Shown: positions 9,533 through 20,565 of the stretch, one piece after another | Layout of the letters: every line of letters starts with the position of its first letter | How positions within the stretch are numbered: position 1 is the first letter of the stretch | NCBI GenBank assembly: GCA_964012805.1 | Contig: CAXGUD010000017.1 | Coordinates: 1-64,000 of the forward strand | Direction: 5' to 3' | Source: an uncultured Bacteriovoracaceae bacterium | GTDB lineage: Bacteria; Bdellovibrionota; Bacteriovoracia; Bacteriovoracales; Bacteriovoracaceae | Length of the DNA: 64,000 nucleotides | The notes under the pieces: generated by a model | Database searches by the model: none | Told to the model about the DNA's origin: nothing | What the model saw: only the letters and a program-made list of their open reading frames with translations | Program-made: the position numbers and the translations under genes

Positions 9533-9775
9533 ATGAAAACTAAGAGCAATAAAAGTTATACTAAGAACCTAGAAACTTTTGAGTCCGATGTGCTTTTCCA
9601 AAAGCTTGGAAACACATGGTATGCATTTTCAGAAATAGATGATGAAATTATCTATTCTGCACTACCTATAGGTATGAGTCCAAGAACATCGAAGCTTGAA
9701 CTTATCAATGTTGTAGAAAAACACTTAAAAAAAGTTTCAAAAGCCTATAAAAAAACAAATGAAGCTATTTTTTAA
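9533..9775 (+). CDS. Hypothetical protein (80 aa)
   Basis: AGGAG SD; globular-looking core VLFQKLGNTWYAFSEI. Confidence 0.75.
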   Translation: MKTKSNKSYTKNLETFESDVLFQKLGNTWYAFSEIDDEIIYSALPIGMSPRTSKLELINVVEKHLKKVSKAYKKTNEAIF

Positions 9776-9780
9776 CAAAA

Positions 9781-10023
9781 ATGAATAAGACAAAATTTGA
9801 TAAGCTTTTTAAAAAGCAAAAATCTAAAAAGAGTTTATCTAACAAAAGTTCTGATAAACCCCAAAAAAAAAGAGCTCCGAAAAAAGAGGGAAGCAAACAA
9901 GAGGATAAGGCACTAATCGAAAGCATAAAAACAAGCATTTCTCGTGAACTCAATGACAAAGACACAGCAAAAAAAGCTGCCTTCATCATTGAAGAGATGC
10001 TAAAATCAAAGAAAAAAAAATAA
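9781..10023 (+). CDS. Hypothetical Lys-rich protein (80 aa)
   Basis: 5 nt after the preceding ORF; C-terminal helix AKKAAFIIEEML. Confidence 0.6.
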   Translation: MNKTKFDKLFKKQKSKKSLSNKSSDKPQKKRAPKKEGSKQEDKALIESIKTSISRELNDKDTAKKAAFIIEEMLKSKKKK

Positions 10024-10148
10024 AGAGCTTTCTTCAAGCAAATGAAGGATCCTCTCTTCCTTCCAACCCTTAGGAATTGACTTAATTACAAATTATTAGT
10101 AAGCAAACTTACCGCAAGACCTCTTTCAACAAGTATCAAGGAGCCTCT

Positions 10149-11288
10149 ATGGTTGTTCCATTTTACGATTTTAAATCACTCCACAATCATGCCTTCCAAC
10201 AACTAGCGAAAGAAAGAATCTCCAAAATTCTTGAAGATAACAGTTTTGTCGAAGGTGAGTTCAATACTAAGTTTGAAAAAGACTTTTCTTCAATGCAAAA
10301 AAACAATCATTGTCTTTTGGTTGCCAATGGTACCGATGCCTTAGAGATATCTCTTAGAGCAATTGGCATCAAAGAGGGTGATCTCGTGGGTCTTCCGGGA
10401 ATCACATTTTTTGCAACAGCTGAAGCCATCATTAATGTTGGTGCGAAGCCTGTCTTTATTGATGTTTCCCCATCGACTGGGCTTATCTGCCCGAAATCTT
10501 TTTCAAGAGTAGCGTCAAACTACAGTTTAAAAGCTGTTATACCAGTCCATATATACGGTCTTCCGGCTCCTATCTCTGAAGTCGAAGAAATTGCTAAATT
10601 ACACAATATATCGATCATTGAAGATGCTGCTCAGGCTTTCGGTGCTTTTTACGACAAAGAGAGGTCGTTTCCCGTTGGATCTGGCAAAAACCTTGTGACG
10701 TTTTCTTTTTACCCCACCAAAAATCTTAGTGCGATTGGTGATGCTGGAGCCATACTAACAAATTGCAGCGACATGGCTGAAAAAATCAAGTCATTAAGGA
10801 ACCATGGCCGCGGAAGTACTGACTTGGTTGGTAGAAATTCGAGGTGTGATCACCTTCAAGCAGCTGTTTTGCATCTAAAGCTCCAAAATGCAGAAAAGCT
10901 TAATGATCAAAGAAAAAATGTCGCTAAGCTATATTACAAGCACCTATCAGAAATCAGCAACGCGCTGCCAGAAGAAAAATTCCTTGAGCTTTCTTCTTGG
11001 CATCTTTTTCCACTTAAGCTAGAAAGTGTTGAGGTGCGCAAATCCCTTCAAAAGCGACTTCAGGAAGCTGATATCGGTTGTGCCCCATATTACGAAAAGA
11101 GCATGTCACAAGAGCCTGCTTTAAAGAACTTTCACGGAGAGCGTGAAAATGCTGAAAAGCTCGCCGGACGGGTCTTATGCCTCCCTATGACACCTTTTTT
11201 AGATGAAAAGAGTATTTTAAAAGTTGCAGATAATATTAAAATGTTTTTTGAGACAAAAATCAAAGAGAACTTTCAGTTAAAAATTTAA
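10149..11288 (+). CDS. DegT/DnrJ/EryC1/StrS family PLP-dependent aminotransferase
   Basis: ANGTDAL, PVHIYG, IEDAAQAFGA, SFYPTKNL (PLP lysine). Confidence 0.95.
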   Translation: MVVPFYDFKSLHNHAFQQLAKERISKILEDNSFVEGEFNTKFEKDFSSMQKNNHCLLVANGTDALEISLRAIGIKEGDLVGLPGITFFATAEAIINVGAKPVFIDVSPSTGLICPKSFSRVASNYSLKAVIPVHIYGLPAPISEVEEIAKLHNISIIEDAAQAFGAFYDKERSFPVGSGKNLVTFSFYPTKNLSAIGDAGAILTNCSDMAEKIKSLRNHGRGSTDLVGRNSRCDHLQAAVLHLKLQNAEKLNDQRKNVAKLYYKHLSEISNALPEEKFLELSSWHLFPLKLESVEVRKSLQKRLQEADIGCAPYYEKSMSQEPALKNFHGERENAEKLAGRVLCLPMTPFLDEKSILKVADNIKMFFETKIKENFQLKI

Positions 11289-11298
11289 TAAAAGAATT

Positions 11299-11988
11299 AT
11301 GGAATCAAATCACCCGCCCCTACCTTATTTTACTCATGATAACCCTTACCATGAGAAACTTAAAACTTTTGAGAACTTTGTTCTGAGAGATAATGAAGGT
11401 GAGAATTATAAAGGAAAATGGAACCAAGAGGCTTTTAAAAGACAAGCTCCACTCATTTTGGAGATAGGCTCAGGTTACGGTCACTTTATGCGGGACTACT
11501 GCTCAAAAAATCCCTCAGTTAACTTCGTTGGTATGGATTACAAATTTAAAAGATCATTTAACCTGGCCAAAAAATTAAGTACACTTCAAGAAGAAAACTT
11601 CTTCTACTTACGGGCAAATGCAACTAGAGTTGATTGCCTCTTTGGTGAGTCAGAAATAGACAAGGTGCTTTATTTCTTTCCAGATCCTTGGCCAAAAAAT
11701 AAACACAAAAAGAAGAGGCTTTTCCAAGAAGAGTTTCTAAAAAAAGTTCATAAAGTTTTAAAACCCAATGGCAAGTTTTTTATAAAGACTGATCATGAAG
11801 AATACGCTGAATGGATGAAAGGCATTCTTATGGAATCCAGCCTTTTCGAGATTGAAATGATGTCATTTGATATTCGAAGTGATTTTCCAGACCACTTCCT
11901 CTCAAGCTTTAAGACTAAATTTGAGAGGATCTTTTTAGAAAAAGGTATACCAATTAAAGGTTTTGAGCTTACCTGCCTCAAGGACTAG
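11299..11988 (+). CDS. trmB: tRNA (guanine-N7)-methyltransferase TrmB
   Basis: LEIGSGYG, FPDPWPK, KTD and TKFE motifs. Confidence 0.95.
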   Translation: MESNHPPLPYFTHDNPYHEKLKTFENFVLRDNEGENYKGKWNQEAFKRQAPLILEIGSGYGHFMRDYCSKNPSVNFVGMDYKFKRSFNLAKKLSTLQEENFFYLRANATRVDCLFGESEIDKVLYFFPDPWPKNKHKKKRLFQEEFLKKVHKVLKPNGKFFIKTDHEEYAEWMKGILMESSLFEIEMMSFDIRSDFPDHFLSSFKTKFERIFLEKGIPIKGFELTCLKD

Positions 11989-11994
11989 AAGCAA

Positions 11995-13878
11995 ATGTCT
12001 CTTGAAGACTTAAAAACAATAGTAAAAGAGGCTCCTCTATCTAGAGTTGTTGGCCAGTATTTACCTTTAAAAAAAAATGGTCATTACTACACGGCTCTTT
12101 GTCCATTTCACTCTGATAGTAACCCATCCCTTATTGTAAATGATCAAAGAAAAATGTTTATGTGCTTTGCCTGTGACACAGGTGGAGATGTCATAACATT
12201 TGTCCAAAAATACAAGAACATAGACTTTTTGGATTCTTTAAGAGAAATCTCTAAAATTCTGGGCTTAGACTTTAATTCTTTCAATCTAGGAAAAAAAGAA
12301 AAAAACCCTAAATTAGAAAATGCCAAAAAACTTCTCGAAATTGTGAGCAAAATCTATTTTTCAATTGGCAAAGAGGGCTCCTCACATCATTTTGGGGACT
12401 TTACCAAAGATCGTGAACTACCAAAAAATTGGGTAGAAACCTTCCAAATTGGCTTCTCAAGAAACAGAAGTACAATCAACAATTATATTGAAACATTTGA
12501 AAACCTTAAAACTAAGAATATTCTCCAAAAACTTGCGCTAGAGCTTGGGTTAATAAAAAGAGACAGAAATAACCCTAATAAATTTTACGATACATTTAGA
12601 GATAGAATTATATTTCCTATTTGGGATCAATTTGGGTCTGTCCAGGGCTTCACAAGCAGGGCAATTCACCCTAATCAAAAACCTAAATACCTAAACTCCC
12701 CAGCATCTTTTCTATTTGATAAGAAGAACCTTCTCTACCCTCTTCACCTCTCCAAACCAAAAATGAGAGAAAAAGACCAAGTTATTATCTGCGAAGGGAA
12801 TATGGATGCTATCGCACTTCATAAAAATGGATTTAAAAACTCTATTGCAATTATGGGTACCTCCCTTGGAGACTCCTCATTAAACCTCATAAAAAATATC
12901 ACTAGAAACATATTTTTATGCTTAGACAACGATCCAGCAGGCTTAAAAGCAACCAAGAAAATAAATAATCAATTTATGAGTATTGGTATAATCCCAAACT
13001 TTATAGACCTAGGTCCATATAAGGATCCAGACGAATTTCTAACGAAAGAAGGGAATTTAGCCTTTGAAGAAAAAATAAAGAGTAGCGCTCCATTTCTGGA
13101 TAAAATGATCAATGATTTAACTTCAAAATCAGAGGAAGGTGACACAGAGGGTAAAATAAGTATATTAAATAAGGTTTTTGAAGTTATTTCACCTCTGGGA
13201 AAAGACCTCTCTGCAACTGAGCGAATTATCTCCATTGCAAAAAAGCTAGGCTTTCAATCAAATCCCTTAAAAATTGAAGAATCTTATATTACATACCTCC
13301 AGGGCATTAAAACGCCACACAACGCATTAAGCAAAAAACCATCTACGCCACCCCCTATTCAAAAACAAGAAGTTGAAAAGAACCTCCTCCCAAAGTCAGC
13401 AAAACAAAAAGTACATATTCCAAGATCCGAAAGAGCATTCATCAAAATAGCTTCACAACACCCCGAATTATTATTATCCCATGACTTCTCTGAAATACTT
13501 GATTTAGTGGTAAATACTGAGGTACAAAGGTATATTTCCAGACTTAGAAATCTCATTTATGAAATAGAAGATCGGGAATATCATAGTTTTGTAGAAGGCT
13601 TGATGATGGGGGAAGAAACCCCAATCGAGATAAAGGAGATAGTTGGAGCTGCTCTCTATCAACTAGCTCCTCGCTCGGTGGAGGAAAAAGTAAGGAATAG
13701 GTTTTTTAGCGATATAAAAATAGAGTTAAAAAGAGACTCCCTTAAAAGAGATAAAAAGTCCTTTCTGGAAAAACTTAAACAACTTTCTTCTGATGAGGAA
13801 ATTAAAAACATAATGAACCAACTCTACAAAATAGAGAACGATTTACAGAGTTTAAAATCTCAAAAAGCTCATATTTAA
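11995..13878 (+). CDS. dnaG: DNA primase
   Basis: CPFH..CFAC zinc finger, KYLNSP, EGNMD, DND Toprim motifs; directly upstream of rpoD. Confidence 0.97.
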   Translation: MSLEDLKTIVKEAPLSRVVGQYLPLKKNGHYYTALCPFHSDSNPSLIVNDQRKMFMCFACDTGGDVITFVQKYKNIDFLDSLREISKILGLDFNSFNLGKKEKNPKLENAKKLLEIVSKIYFSIGKEGSSHHFGDFTKDRELPKNWVETFQIGFSRNRSTINNYIETFENLKTKNILQKLALELGLIKRDRNNPNKFYDTFRDRIIFPIWDQFGSVQGFTSRAIHPNQKPKYLNSPASFLFDKKNLLYPLHLSKPKMREKDQVIICEGNMDAIALHKNGFKNSIAIMGTSLGDSSLNLIKNITRNIFLCLDNDPAGLKATKKINNQFMSIGIIPNFIDLGPYKDPDEFLTKEGNLAFEEKIKSSAPFLDKMINDLTSKSEEGDTEGKISILNKVFEVISPLGKDLSATERIISIAKKLGFQSNPLKIEESYITYLQGIKTPHNALSKKPSTPPPIQKQEVEKNLLPKSAKQKVHIPRSERAFIKIASQHPELLLSHDFSEILDLVVNTEVQRYISRLRNLIYEIEDREYHSFVEGLMMGEETPIEIKEIVGAALYQLAPRSVEEKVRNRFFSDIKIELKRDSLKRDKKSFLEKLKQLSSDEEIKNIMNQLYKIENDLQSLKSQKAHI

Positions 13879-13892
13879 TGAGGGGAATACAG

Positions 13893-15641
13893 ATGTCACT
13901 AGTTGAAGAATTTCTCAATTCAAAGACATTTTCTAAACTTCTTTTAAAAGGAAAAGATCAAAAGTTTCTTTCTCCAGAGGAAATTAATGACGCTATTCCT
14001 GTTTCAGTCGTCAGTCAGAAAGAAATTGACGCGATAATGGGAAAAATAAAAGAAGCAAGAATTGAAATAAAAGCCCAAATTACAGAAGAAGAAGATGAAG
14101 GAATAAAGCTAGATGGCACTGAAATTATAGAAGAAACACTTTCAAAAGAAGAAAGAGCGGAGCTTAAATCAGCTTCTACTGACCCTGTTAAGTTATACCT
14201 TAAGAGGATGGGTTCAGTAGCACTTCTTACAAGAGAGGGCGAAGTTGTCATCGCCAAAGATATTGAAGAAGGGGAGAGAGAAATTATACTTTCTTCTCTG
14301 AGTTCAACCCATGCCTTAAAAGAAATTGTCAAACTCAAGGCGAAAATAGAAAACTCTGAGAACCCAAGCGAAACAGTTAAAGAACTTGTCCGTGGACTTG
14401 ATGATGAATCATCTCCTGCTGACATTAAGAAGACAAAAGATAGAATTTATGAAGTCGTTGAAAAAGTTAAACTAATTCTTCAAGAAACATTGAATGAAGA
14501 CGGAACTTTTAAAACTCTAAGCCAAGAGCAAAAAGCAAAGTTTGATGAAGCTGCTGAAATTCTAGCTGACCTAACATTTAATAGGAAAATCATTAATTCT
14601 TTTGTTGACCCAGTTAAGAAATACTTCCATCAATTTAAAGACCTTTATAGCCAAGAGAACAGAATCTTTAAGTTTTTAGAAGTGCCTAATAGAGAACAAT
14701 ATAAAGAGATCTACGAAAAAATCATGGAGGACGACAACTTTAAAAGAAAAGTTGCAAAAGACCTCTTCACAACAGATGCAAAAATAGAACAGCTTATTCG
14801 TAACCAAGAAGATATTATTAGAAAACTGAGAAGGCTTTCTGTTGACGCTGGAATGGACTTTGAATCCATCAAAGAGGTCTATAATATTATTCTAAAAGGT
14901 GAGGAAAAAGCTGATCAGGCAAAGGCTCAACTTGTTGAAGCGAACCTTAGACTTGTTGTCTCCATTGCAAAAAAGTATACAAACAGAGGCCTCCAATTTT
15001 TAGACCTTATTCAAGAGGGTAATATTGGTCTTATGAAAGCAGTTGACAAGTTTGAATATAGAAGAGGTTATAAATTCTCAACTTATGCGACTTGGTGGAT
15101 CAGGCAAGCTATAACAAGAGCAATTGCAGATCAAGCAAGGACTATTAGAATCCCTGTTCACATGATTGAAACAATCAATAAAATGGTGAGAACTTCCAGG
15201 CAATTAATTCAAGAACTAGGGCGTGAACCAACTCCTGAAGAAATCGCGGAGCGAATGGATTTACCAGTTGATAAAGTCAAAAAAGTACAAAAAATATCTA
15301 AGGAGCCTATCTCTCTGGAAACACCAATTGGTGAGGAGGAAGACTCAAGCCTTGGAGACTTCATAGAAGATAAAAAAATCATAGCCCCACAAGACGCAGT
15401 TATGAGCATAACTCTTTCTGAACAAACAAGGTCTGTTCTTTCGACTCTTACACCCAGGGAAGAAAAAGTTCTTAGAATGAGGTTCGGTATTGGCGAAAAG
15501 TCTGACCATACTCTTGAGGAAGTCGGTCAAGACTTTTTTGTAACAAGAGAAAGAATCAGGCAAATTGAAGCTAAGGCCCTCAGAAAACTAAGGCACCCAA
15601 GTCGGGCAAAAATGCTTAAGGCTTATATCGACAATAATTGA
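13893..15641 (+). CDS. rpoD: RNA polymerase primary sigma factor
   Basis: [49 protein letters not shown]; start at 13893 (AGGGG SD) or 13878. Confidence 0.98.
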   Translation: MSLVEEFLNSKTFSKLLLKGKDQKFLSPEEINDAIPVSVVSQKEIDAIMGKIKEARIEIKAQITEEEDEGIKLDGTEIIEETLSKEERAELKSASTDPVKLYLKRMGSVALLTREGEVVIAKDIEEGEREIILSSLSSTHALKEIVKLKAKIENSENPSETVKELVRGLDDESSPADIKKTKDRIYEVVEKVKLILQETLNEDGTFKTLSQEQKAKFDEAAEILADLTFNRKIINSFVDPVKKYFHQFKDLYSQENRIFKFLEVPNREQYKEIYEKIMEDDNFKRKVAKDLFTTDAKIEQLIRNQEDIIRKLRRLSVDAGMDFESIKEVYNIILKGEEKADQAKAQLVEANLRLVVSIAKKYTNRGLQFLDLIQEGNIGLMKAVDKFEYRRGYKFSTYATWWIRQAITRAIADQARTIRIPVHMIETINKMVRTSRQLIQELGREPTPEEIAERMDLPVDKVKKVQKISKEPISLETPIGEEEDSSLGDFIEDKKIIAPQDAVMSITLSEQTRSVLSTLTPREEKVLRMRFGIGEKSDHTLEEVGQDFFVTRERIRQIEAKALRKLRHPSRAKMLKAYIDNN

Positions 15642-15708
15642 GTATTGTTAGGGAGCTTCCCCTACTTTTGTCTTTTTTTCTTTGGTGAAAGAGAAATCCT
15701 TCTCAGGT

Positions 15709-15737
15709 TTGCACTCACAAGAATGGAAAGTTATAAT
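15709..15737 (+). promoter_or_regulatory. Putative sigma70 promoter of the SNF2 helicase gene
   Basis: TTGCAC-17 nt-TATAAT. Confidence 0.7.
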
Positions 15738-15818
15738 AATCTTTTACCCAACAAACCACGCTTTAAAAGTGGTACTAAGAAGTACCGCTAACTTAAACTT
15801 TTCGGGTTTTTTGAAAAT

Positions 15819-18800
15819 ATGAGTGTAATGCCCTCAAATCTGCCAATAGATATTGAAAATATAGGCAAAAGGTTCTTTATAGAACGAACCCTAAAGAAGG
15901 GGATTTCTCTTTTTCAATTCGCTAAGCTATCCATTTCGTTCCTTAAAGAAGGAAAAGACAATGAGTATTTTATACTGTCTGGCATTGTTAAAGAGAACAG
16001 ACATTATGAAGCTAAAATAGTTTTCAAACAAAGACTTATAGACCACAAAGAGGGCCCCCTCAAAACCCAATGTAATTGTACACAATGGAATGAAAAAGAT
16101 CACTGCCCTCACACCTCATTTCTTTTTCTTTACTATTATTCTTTTATAAAACAAAAAGATTTATCTCCATTAAGCGCAACTGACATGGACTCTCCTTACC
16201 TCAGCCTAGCAACAAATCCGATCCAGGCAGTTTATCCAGAGAGTTTTGGGACAATGATTTTAGCACCAAAATACCTAATTGGAGCCGCTCAAAATGCAAA
16301 ATACACATCTCTCCAATACTCTATTTCTAATGGTAAGATTTCCAACTTTCCTGAGCCTAAAAACTTTACTGGAAAGCTTGTCATTTCAATTACAACAAAT
16401 GATAGTTCAAAAAGTTATCTAAAAACCTCTTTTCTTTTAAAAAATGAGAAAGGTGAGCTAAATAGAAAGGTCTCACTTTTTGAAAATTTTTTTCTATTTA
16501 ATTGGATAACAGGCGATGTTTACAACCTTCCTTTTGAGATAAAGTCTGTTTTAGAAGCGTTTAAATATTTTCCACTCTCCCCTAATGTTAACGACTATTT
16601 AGAAGTCTTCTCAAAAAAAGAGTTAATCGACTTTATTGAAATTATAGTTGATGGTGAAAAATTTCAGACACCTCAAGCAGAGGAAGTATTTCCAACGCTT
16701 ATAGTAGATAAATCAAGTCAAAAGAATTTTCTCAACATGAACTTTATGTTCCTAGATAGAAATAATAATAAAGCTCCAATTCCTCCTCTTTTAAAAATGA
16801 TCACAATGGAGGGAGGCGTTCTAAGTGAATTGGAAAAAAAGTCAATATCGTATGACCTTTTAAAAGGTCTTCACTCTTTTCTTCTTGGAGAATCGCCTCA
16901 AGAGTTCAGAAAGTCATTAACTGGAACTTCATTTAAGACACTCTTTATACAGAGAGTTAATAATTTAAACAGCAATAAATGGAGTTCAGTCTTTCAAGAT
17001 GGAAAGTTTTTTAAGATAAGTAATAATTTTATTAGAGATTTTTTAATAGCAATGATCTCTACATTTTCTGAAAAAGCTTTTCAAAATTCAAAAGTTAATG
17101 AAAGTGAAAATGAAATTTTATTTTATATAAAAGAGCCATCATTCTTAAATGGGGTTTCTCATATCCATAAGCAGTTAAAAAATTATGATTTTAAGATACT
17201 ATTCAACAATAAACCAATAAAGTACTGGAATAACCAGTTTAAATCAGTAAAAAAAGAAAAGTCTTCAAGTTGGCTAACACTCGAACTCTCTATTACTCCT
17301 GAAGATCTACAACTAATTAAAAGTTTAGACCTCAAAAGCAACCACTTCATTAATAAAAATGACCTCGTACTTATAAGTGATGATCAAAAAAAGTTACTTA
17401 AATATTTAAAGAGATACACTTTACTTGAATCAGAAAATCAAAGTATTAACCGTGGAAATGGAGAAAAGACCTATCTTGTCTCGTTCAACAGAACCAGAAT
17501 TTTTGAAATTTTTGAGTTAAAAAAGCTTGGAGTTGAAATTGATGTATCAGAAGATGATACAAAAATATGCAATTTACTCACAAACCCTAATTTGATTCCC
17601 CCTTACGAAATCCCAGAAAACCTTAAAGGCATTTTAAGACCATACCAAAAAAGAGGATACAACTGGCTTAGCTTTCTTTTTGAAAATAATTTAGGCGGTT
17701 GTTTAGCCGATGATATGGGTCTTGGAAAGACCCTTCAAGCGATCTGCTTTCTAGAGTCAGTTATAGAAAAAATAAACAAAGTTTTGATTGTATGCCCAAT
17801 TTCGATTCTCTTAAATTGGGAGAAAGAATTTCAAAAGTTCACAAACCTCTCTACCCATATATTCCATGGAGAAAATAGAGTTATCCCTAAAGATAAAAAA
17901 ATTATACTCACGAGCTACGGAATATTGAGAAGAGAGTTCAACAATTCATTAACAGACCACTCATTCGATATTTTGATTTTAGATGAAGTTCAACAAGTAA
18001 AAAATATCAATTCATTAGGTGCTTTTGCTGTAAGAAAAATCAAATCCACCTTTACGGTTTGCCTTACTGGAACTCCCGTAGAAAATAATATTATGGAGTT
18101 CTACAATATAATTGACCTGAGTATGCCTGGCATTTGGGGAAATACATTATCAAAGTCATCTGAATCTACAAAAAAATCACGACTTATCGCACAAGAAGTT
18201 GCTTCACCATTCATTCTTAGAAGGACAAAAAGTCAGGTTTTATTAGACTTACCAAAAAAAATAGAGAATAACATTCTGCTCCCTTTTTCCAAAGGCGAGA
18301 GGGAACACTACGACTTTCTCAAGAAACAAATAAAAGAAGACTTGATTCAAAACCCTTCTGGAAGAAAATTCGGAAAAATACTCACAAGCATACTAAGACT
18401 TAGACAATGCTGCCTTTTTGGAAACAGGGAGGATAAAACAAAATCGACAAAAGCCAATTTCCTTTTTGAAAGCCTTAACCAAATACTAAAAGAGGGTCAC
18501 CAATCTCTTATTTTTTCTCAATTCACCTCATACTTAGACTATTTAGAATCATATATTAAAAAAAATGGATGGCAGTACTCAAGAATTGATGGCTCACAAA
18601 ATATAAAAAGGCGTCAAATCGAAGTAGAAAACTTTCAAGAAGGAAAAACAAGAATTTTTCTTATAAGTCTAAAAGCAGGTGGGTTCGGATTAAATTTAAC
18701 AGCGGCAAGTTATATCTTTTTGATGGACCCTTGGTGGAATCCAGCAATTGAGAATCAAGCCATTGATAGGGCACACAGGATAGGCCAAAAGAATACCCTA

Positions 18801-18959
18801 ACTATCTACAGACCAATTATTGAAAAAAGTATTGAAGAAAAGGTCCTACAACTTCAAGAAACCAAAAAGGAATTATTCCACGACCTCCTTCCAGATGATG
18901 GAGAGCAATACTTTTCTAACAGAGTTTCTCTTGAAGACCTTGAAAACCTCATCGATTAA
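15819..18959 (+). CDS. SWIM zinc-finger / SNF2-family helicase
   Basis: CNC..CPH SWIM motif; LADDMGLGKT, DEVQ, LTGTPVEN, DPWWNPA, QAIDRAHRIGQ. Confidence 0.95.
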   Translation: MSVMPSNLPIDIENIGKRFFIERTLKKGISLFQFAKLSISFLKEGKDNEYFILSGIVKENRHYEAKIVFKQRLIDHKEGPLKTQCNCTQWNEKDHCPHTSFLFLYYYSFIKQKDLSPLSATDMDSPYLSLATNPIQAVYPESFGTMILAPKYLIGAAQNAKYTSLQYSISNGKISNFPEPKNFTGKLVISITTNDSSKSYLKTSFLLKNEKGELNRKVSLFENFFLFNWITGDVYNLPFEIKSVLEAFKYFPLSPNVNDYLEVFSKKELIDFIEIIVDGEKFQTPQAEEVFPTLIVDKSSQKNFLNMNFMFLDRNNNKAPIPPLLKMITMEGGVLSELEKKSISYDLLKGLHSFLLGESPQEFRKSLTGTSFKTLFIQRVNNLNSNKWSSVFQDGKFFKISNNFIRDFLIAMISTFSEKAFQNSKVNESENEILFYIKEPSFLNGVSHIHKQLKNYDFKILFNNKPIKYWNNQFKSVKKEKSSSWLTLELSITPEDLQLIKSLDLKSNHFINKNDLVLISDDQKKLLKYLKRYTLLESENQSINRGNGEKTYLVSFNRTRIFEIFELKKLGVEIDVSEDDTKICNLLTNPNLIPPYEIPENLKGILRPYQKRGYNWLSFLFENNLGGCLADDMGLGKTLQAICFLESVIEKINKVLIVCPISILLNWEKEFQKFTNLSTHIFHGENRVIPKDKKIILTSYGILRREFNNSLTDHSFDILILDEVQQVKNINSLGAFAVRKIKSTFTVCLTGTPVENNIMEFYNIIDLSMPGIWGNTLSKSSESTKKSRLIAQEVASPFILRRTKSQVLLDLPKKIENNILLPFSKGEREHYDFLKKQIKEDLIQNPSGRKFGKILTSILRLRQCCLFGNREDKTKSTKANFLFESLNQILKEGHQSLIFSQFTSYLDYLESYIKKNGWQYSRIDGSQNIKRRQIEVENFQEGKTRIFLISLKAGGFGLNLTAASYIFLMDPWWNPAIENQAIDRAHRIGQKNTLTIYRPIIEKSIEEKVLQLQETKKELFHDLLPDDGEQYFSNRVSLEDLENLID

Positions 18960-19073
18960 AACAAATTAAATCAATTAATTTTTTAAACTGATCAAAAGTT
19001 CTCTTTTTAAAAAAATTGAAATAAATCCTTTCTCTTTTGATAATATTATTAAAAGAAATTATGGGGAGCGAAT

Positions 19074-19493
19074 ATGGAACTAAATCCAGATCTAAAAGTA
19101 CTTGTGGTTGATGATATGCTCGCAATGAGGACAATAATAGAAAAAGGACTAAAAGATCTAGGTCTCACTAACGTAACTCATGCGACTGATGGACTAACTG
19201 CTTTTAAGCTCATCCAAAAAGCTATAGAAGAAGAAGAGCCTTTTGAGTTTATTATCTCTGATTGGAATATGCCCATGATGGGTGGCTTAGACTTACTTCT
19301 TAAAGTCAGAAAATTAGAAAAGCATCAAGACTTACCCTTTTTAATGATAACAGCGGAAGCACATCCCAAAAATGAAGATAAAGCGGTAAAAGCAGGAGTA
19401 AGTGACTTCATTGTTAAGCCATTCACCAAGCAAGTTTTTAAAGAAAAAATAGACAGTATTTTTATAAAAAAAGAAATTGATAACGCTTCATAA
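19074..19493 (+). CDS. Single-domain response regulator (CheY-like)
   Basis: VLVVDD, SDWNMPMMGG, MITAE, FIVKPF. Confidence 0.93.
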   Translation: MELNPDLKVLVVDDMLAMRTIIEKGLKDLGLTNVTHATDGLTAFKLIQKAIEEEEPFEFIISDWNMPMMGGLDLLLKVRKLEKHQDLPFLMITAEAHPKNEDKAVKAGVSDFIVKPFTKQVFKEKIDSIFIKKEIDNAS

Positions 19494-19519
19494 AAGAATT
19501 TAATAACAATCGCTTTTCA

Positions 19520-19548
19520 TTGACTGGTTCACCAAAGACAGTTACCAT
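19520..19548 (+). promoter_or_regulatory. Putative sigma70 promoter of metF-metH
   Basis: TTGACT-17 nt-TACCAT, 35 nt before the metF start. Confidence 0.55.
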
Positions 19549-19583
19549 TCTATTTTATTAATCTATTTTGAATTAATCACAAC

Positions 19584-20528
19584 ATGAAAGTAATTGAACA
19601 CCTTGAAAGAGCTAATAATCCTTCTTTCAGCTATGAAATAGTTCCTCCTCCTAGAGGCAGAAGCGTTAAAGATGTTATAGAAGTCGTTGAAACACTTGAC
19701 CCTTTTAACCCTCCATGGATAGATGTCACATCCCACTCAGCTGGCGCTTTTTACCAGGAAAAAGATAATGGAGTGATAGAGCGGAGGATTTTTAAAAAGC
19801 GCCCTGGAAGTATTGGCATCTGTGGAATTATTCAAAATAGATTTAAAATTGATACAGTTACTCATATATTGACGGAAGGCTTTACCAAAGAAGAAACCGA
19901 GGACGCCCTAATAGAACTAAACTATTTGGGAATTCATAATGTCCTGGCCCTTAGGGGCGACAGCCTGAACTACAAAAAACCTGTCCAAAAATTAAGGTCA
20001 ACCAACCAATATGCATCTGAATTAGTCCACCAAATTTCTAACCTAAAAAAAGGAATCTTTTTAGAAGATTTAGAAAACACAAACTCACTCGATTTTTGTG
20101 TCGGGGTTGCTGGTTATCCTGAGAAGCACTTTGAAGCTCCAAATATGAAAGTCGATATGCAATATCTTAAACAAAAGGTTGATCAGGGGGCTGACTATAT
20201 TGTCACTCAGATGTTTTTTGACAATCAGAAATATTTTAATTTTGTTCAAAACTGCAGAGATTTTGGTATCAACGTCCCTATTATTCCAGGCATAAAAGTT
20301 TTAAAAAATGTTAAGCAGCTTTCAAGACTTCCGAGAACTTTCCATGTTGACCTCCCAACTGAGTTTGTCGACCAAGTTAACGAATCACCCCATCATGTTA
20401 AAGAAATTGGAATGCAGTGGGCAAAAGCGCAAGTCCAAGGTCTTTTAGAATTCGGGGTTCCAAATGTTCACTTTTATATAATGAATGATGTTAAATCTAT
20501 ACTCGGAATTGTAAAAAGCTTCTTCTAA
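19584..20528 (+). CDS. metF: Methylenetetrahydrofolate reductase
   Basis: SYEIVPP, LALRGD, VAGYPEKH, TQMFFD, HFYIMN; next to metH. Confidence 0.95.
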   Translation: MKVIEHLERANNPSFSYEIVPPPRGRSVKDVIEVVETLDPFNPPWIDVTSHSAGAFYQEKDNGVIERRIFKKRPGSIGICGIIQNRFKIDTVTHILTEGFTKEETEDALIELNYLGIHNVLALRGDSLNYKKPVQKLRSTNQYASELVHQISNLKKGIFLEDLENTNSLDFCVGVAGYPEKHFEAPNMKVDMQYLKQKVDQGADYIVTQMFFDNQKYFNFVQNCRDFGINVPIIPGIKVLKNVKQLSRLPRTFHVDLPTEFVDQVNESPHHVKEIGMQWAKAQVQGLLEFGVPNVHFYIMNDVKSILGIVKSFF

Positions 20529-20565
20529 ATACCCTCTTTAGCACTTTCTAATCATAGGCTTCAAA

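Noticed and set aside
9765..10037. 90-aa minus-strand hydrophobic ORF
   Set aside because: Mirror of the Lys-rich plus-strand ORF 9781-10023, which fits the operon context better
14015..14425. 136-aa antisense ORF in rpoD, and similar short antisense ORFs throughout the window
   Set aside because: Poly-Ser mirror of Glu-rich sense codons; fully nested in well-supported genes
15649..15680. Terminator after rpoD
   Set aside because: Only a 5-bp stem (TAGGG/CCCTA) before a T-rich tract; plausible but too weak to call
15819..18959. SNF2 helicase as part of an anti-phage defence system
   Set aside because: Standard SWIM-SNF2 architecture, flanked by housekeeping genes, with no defence partners
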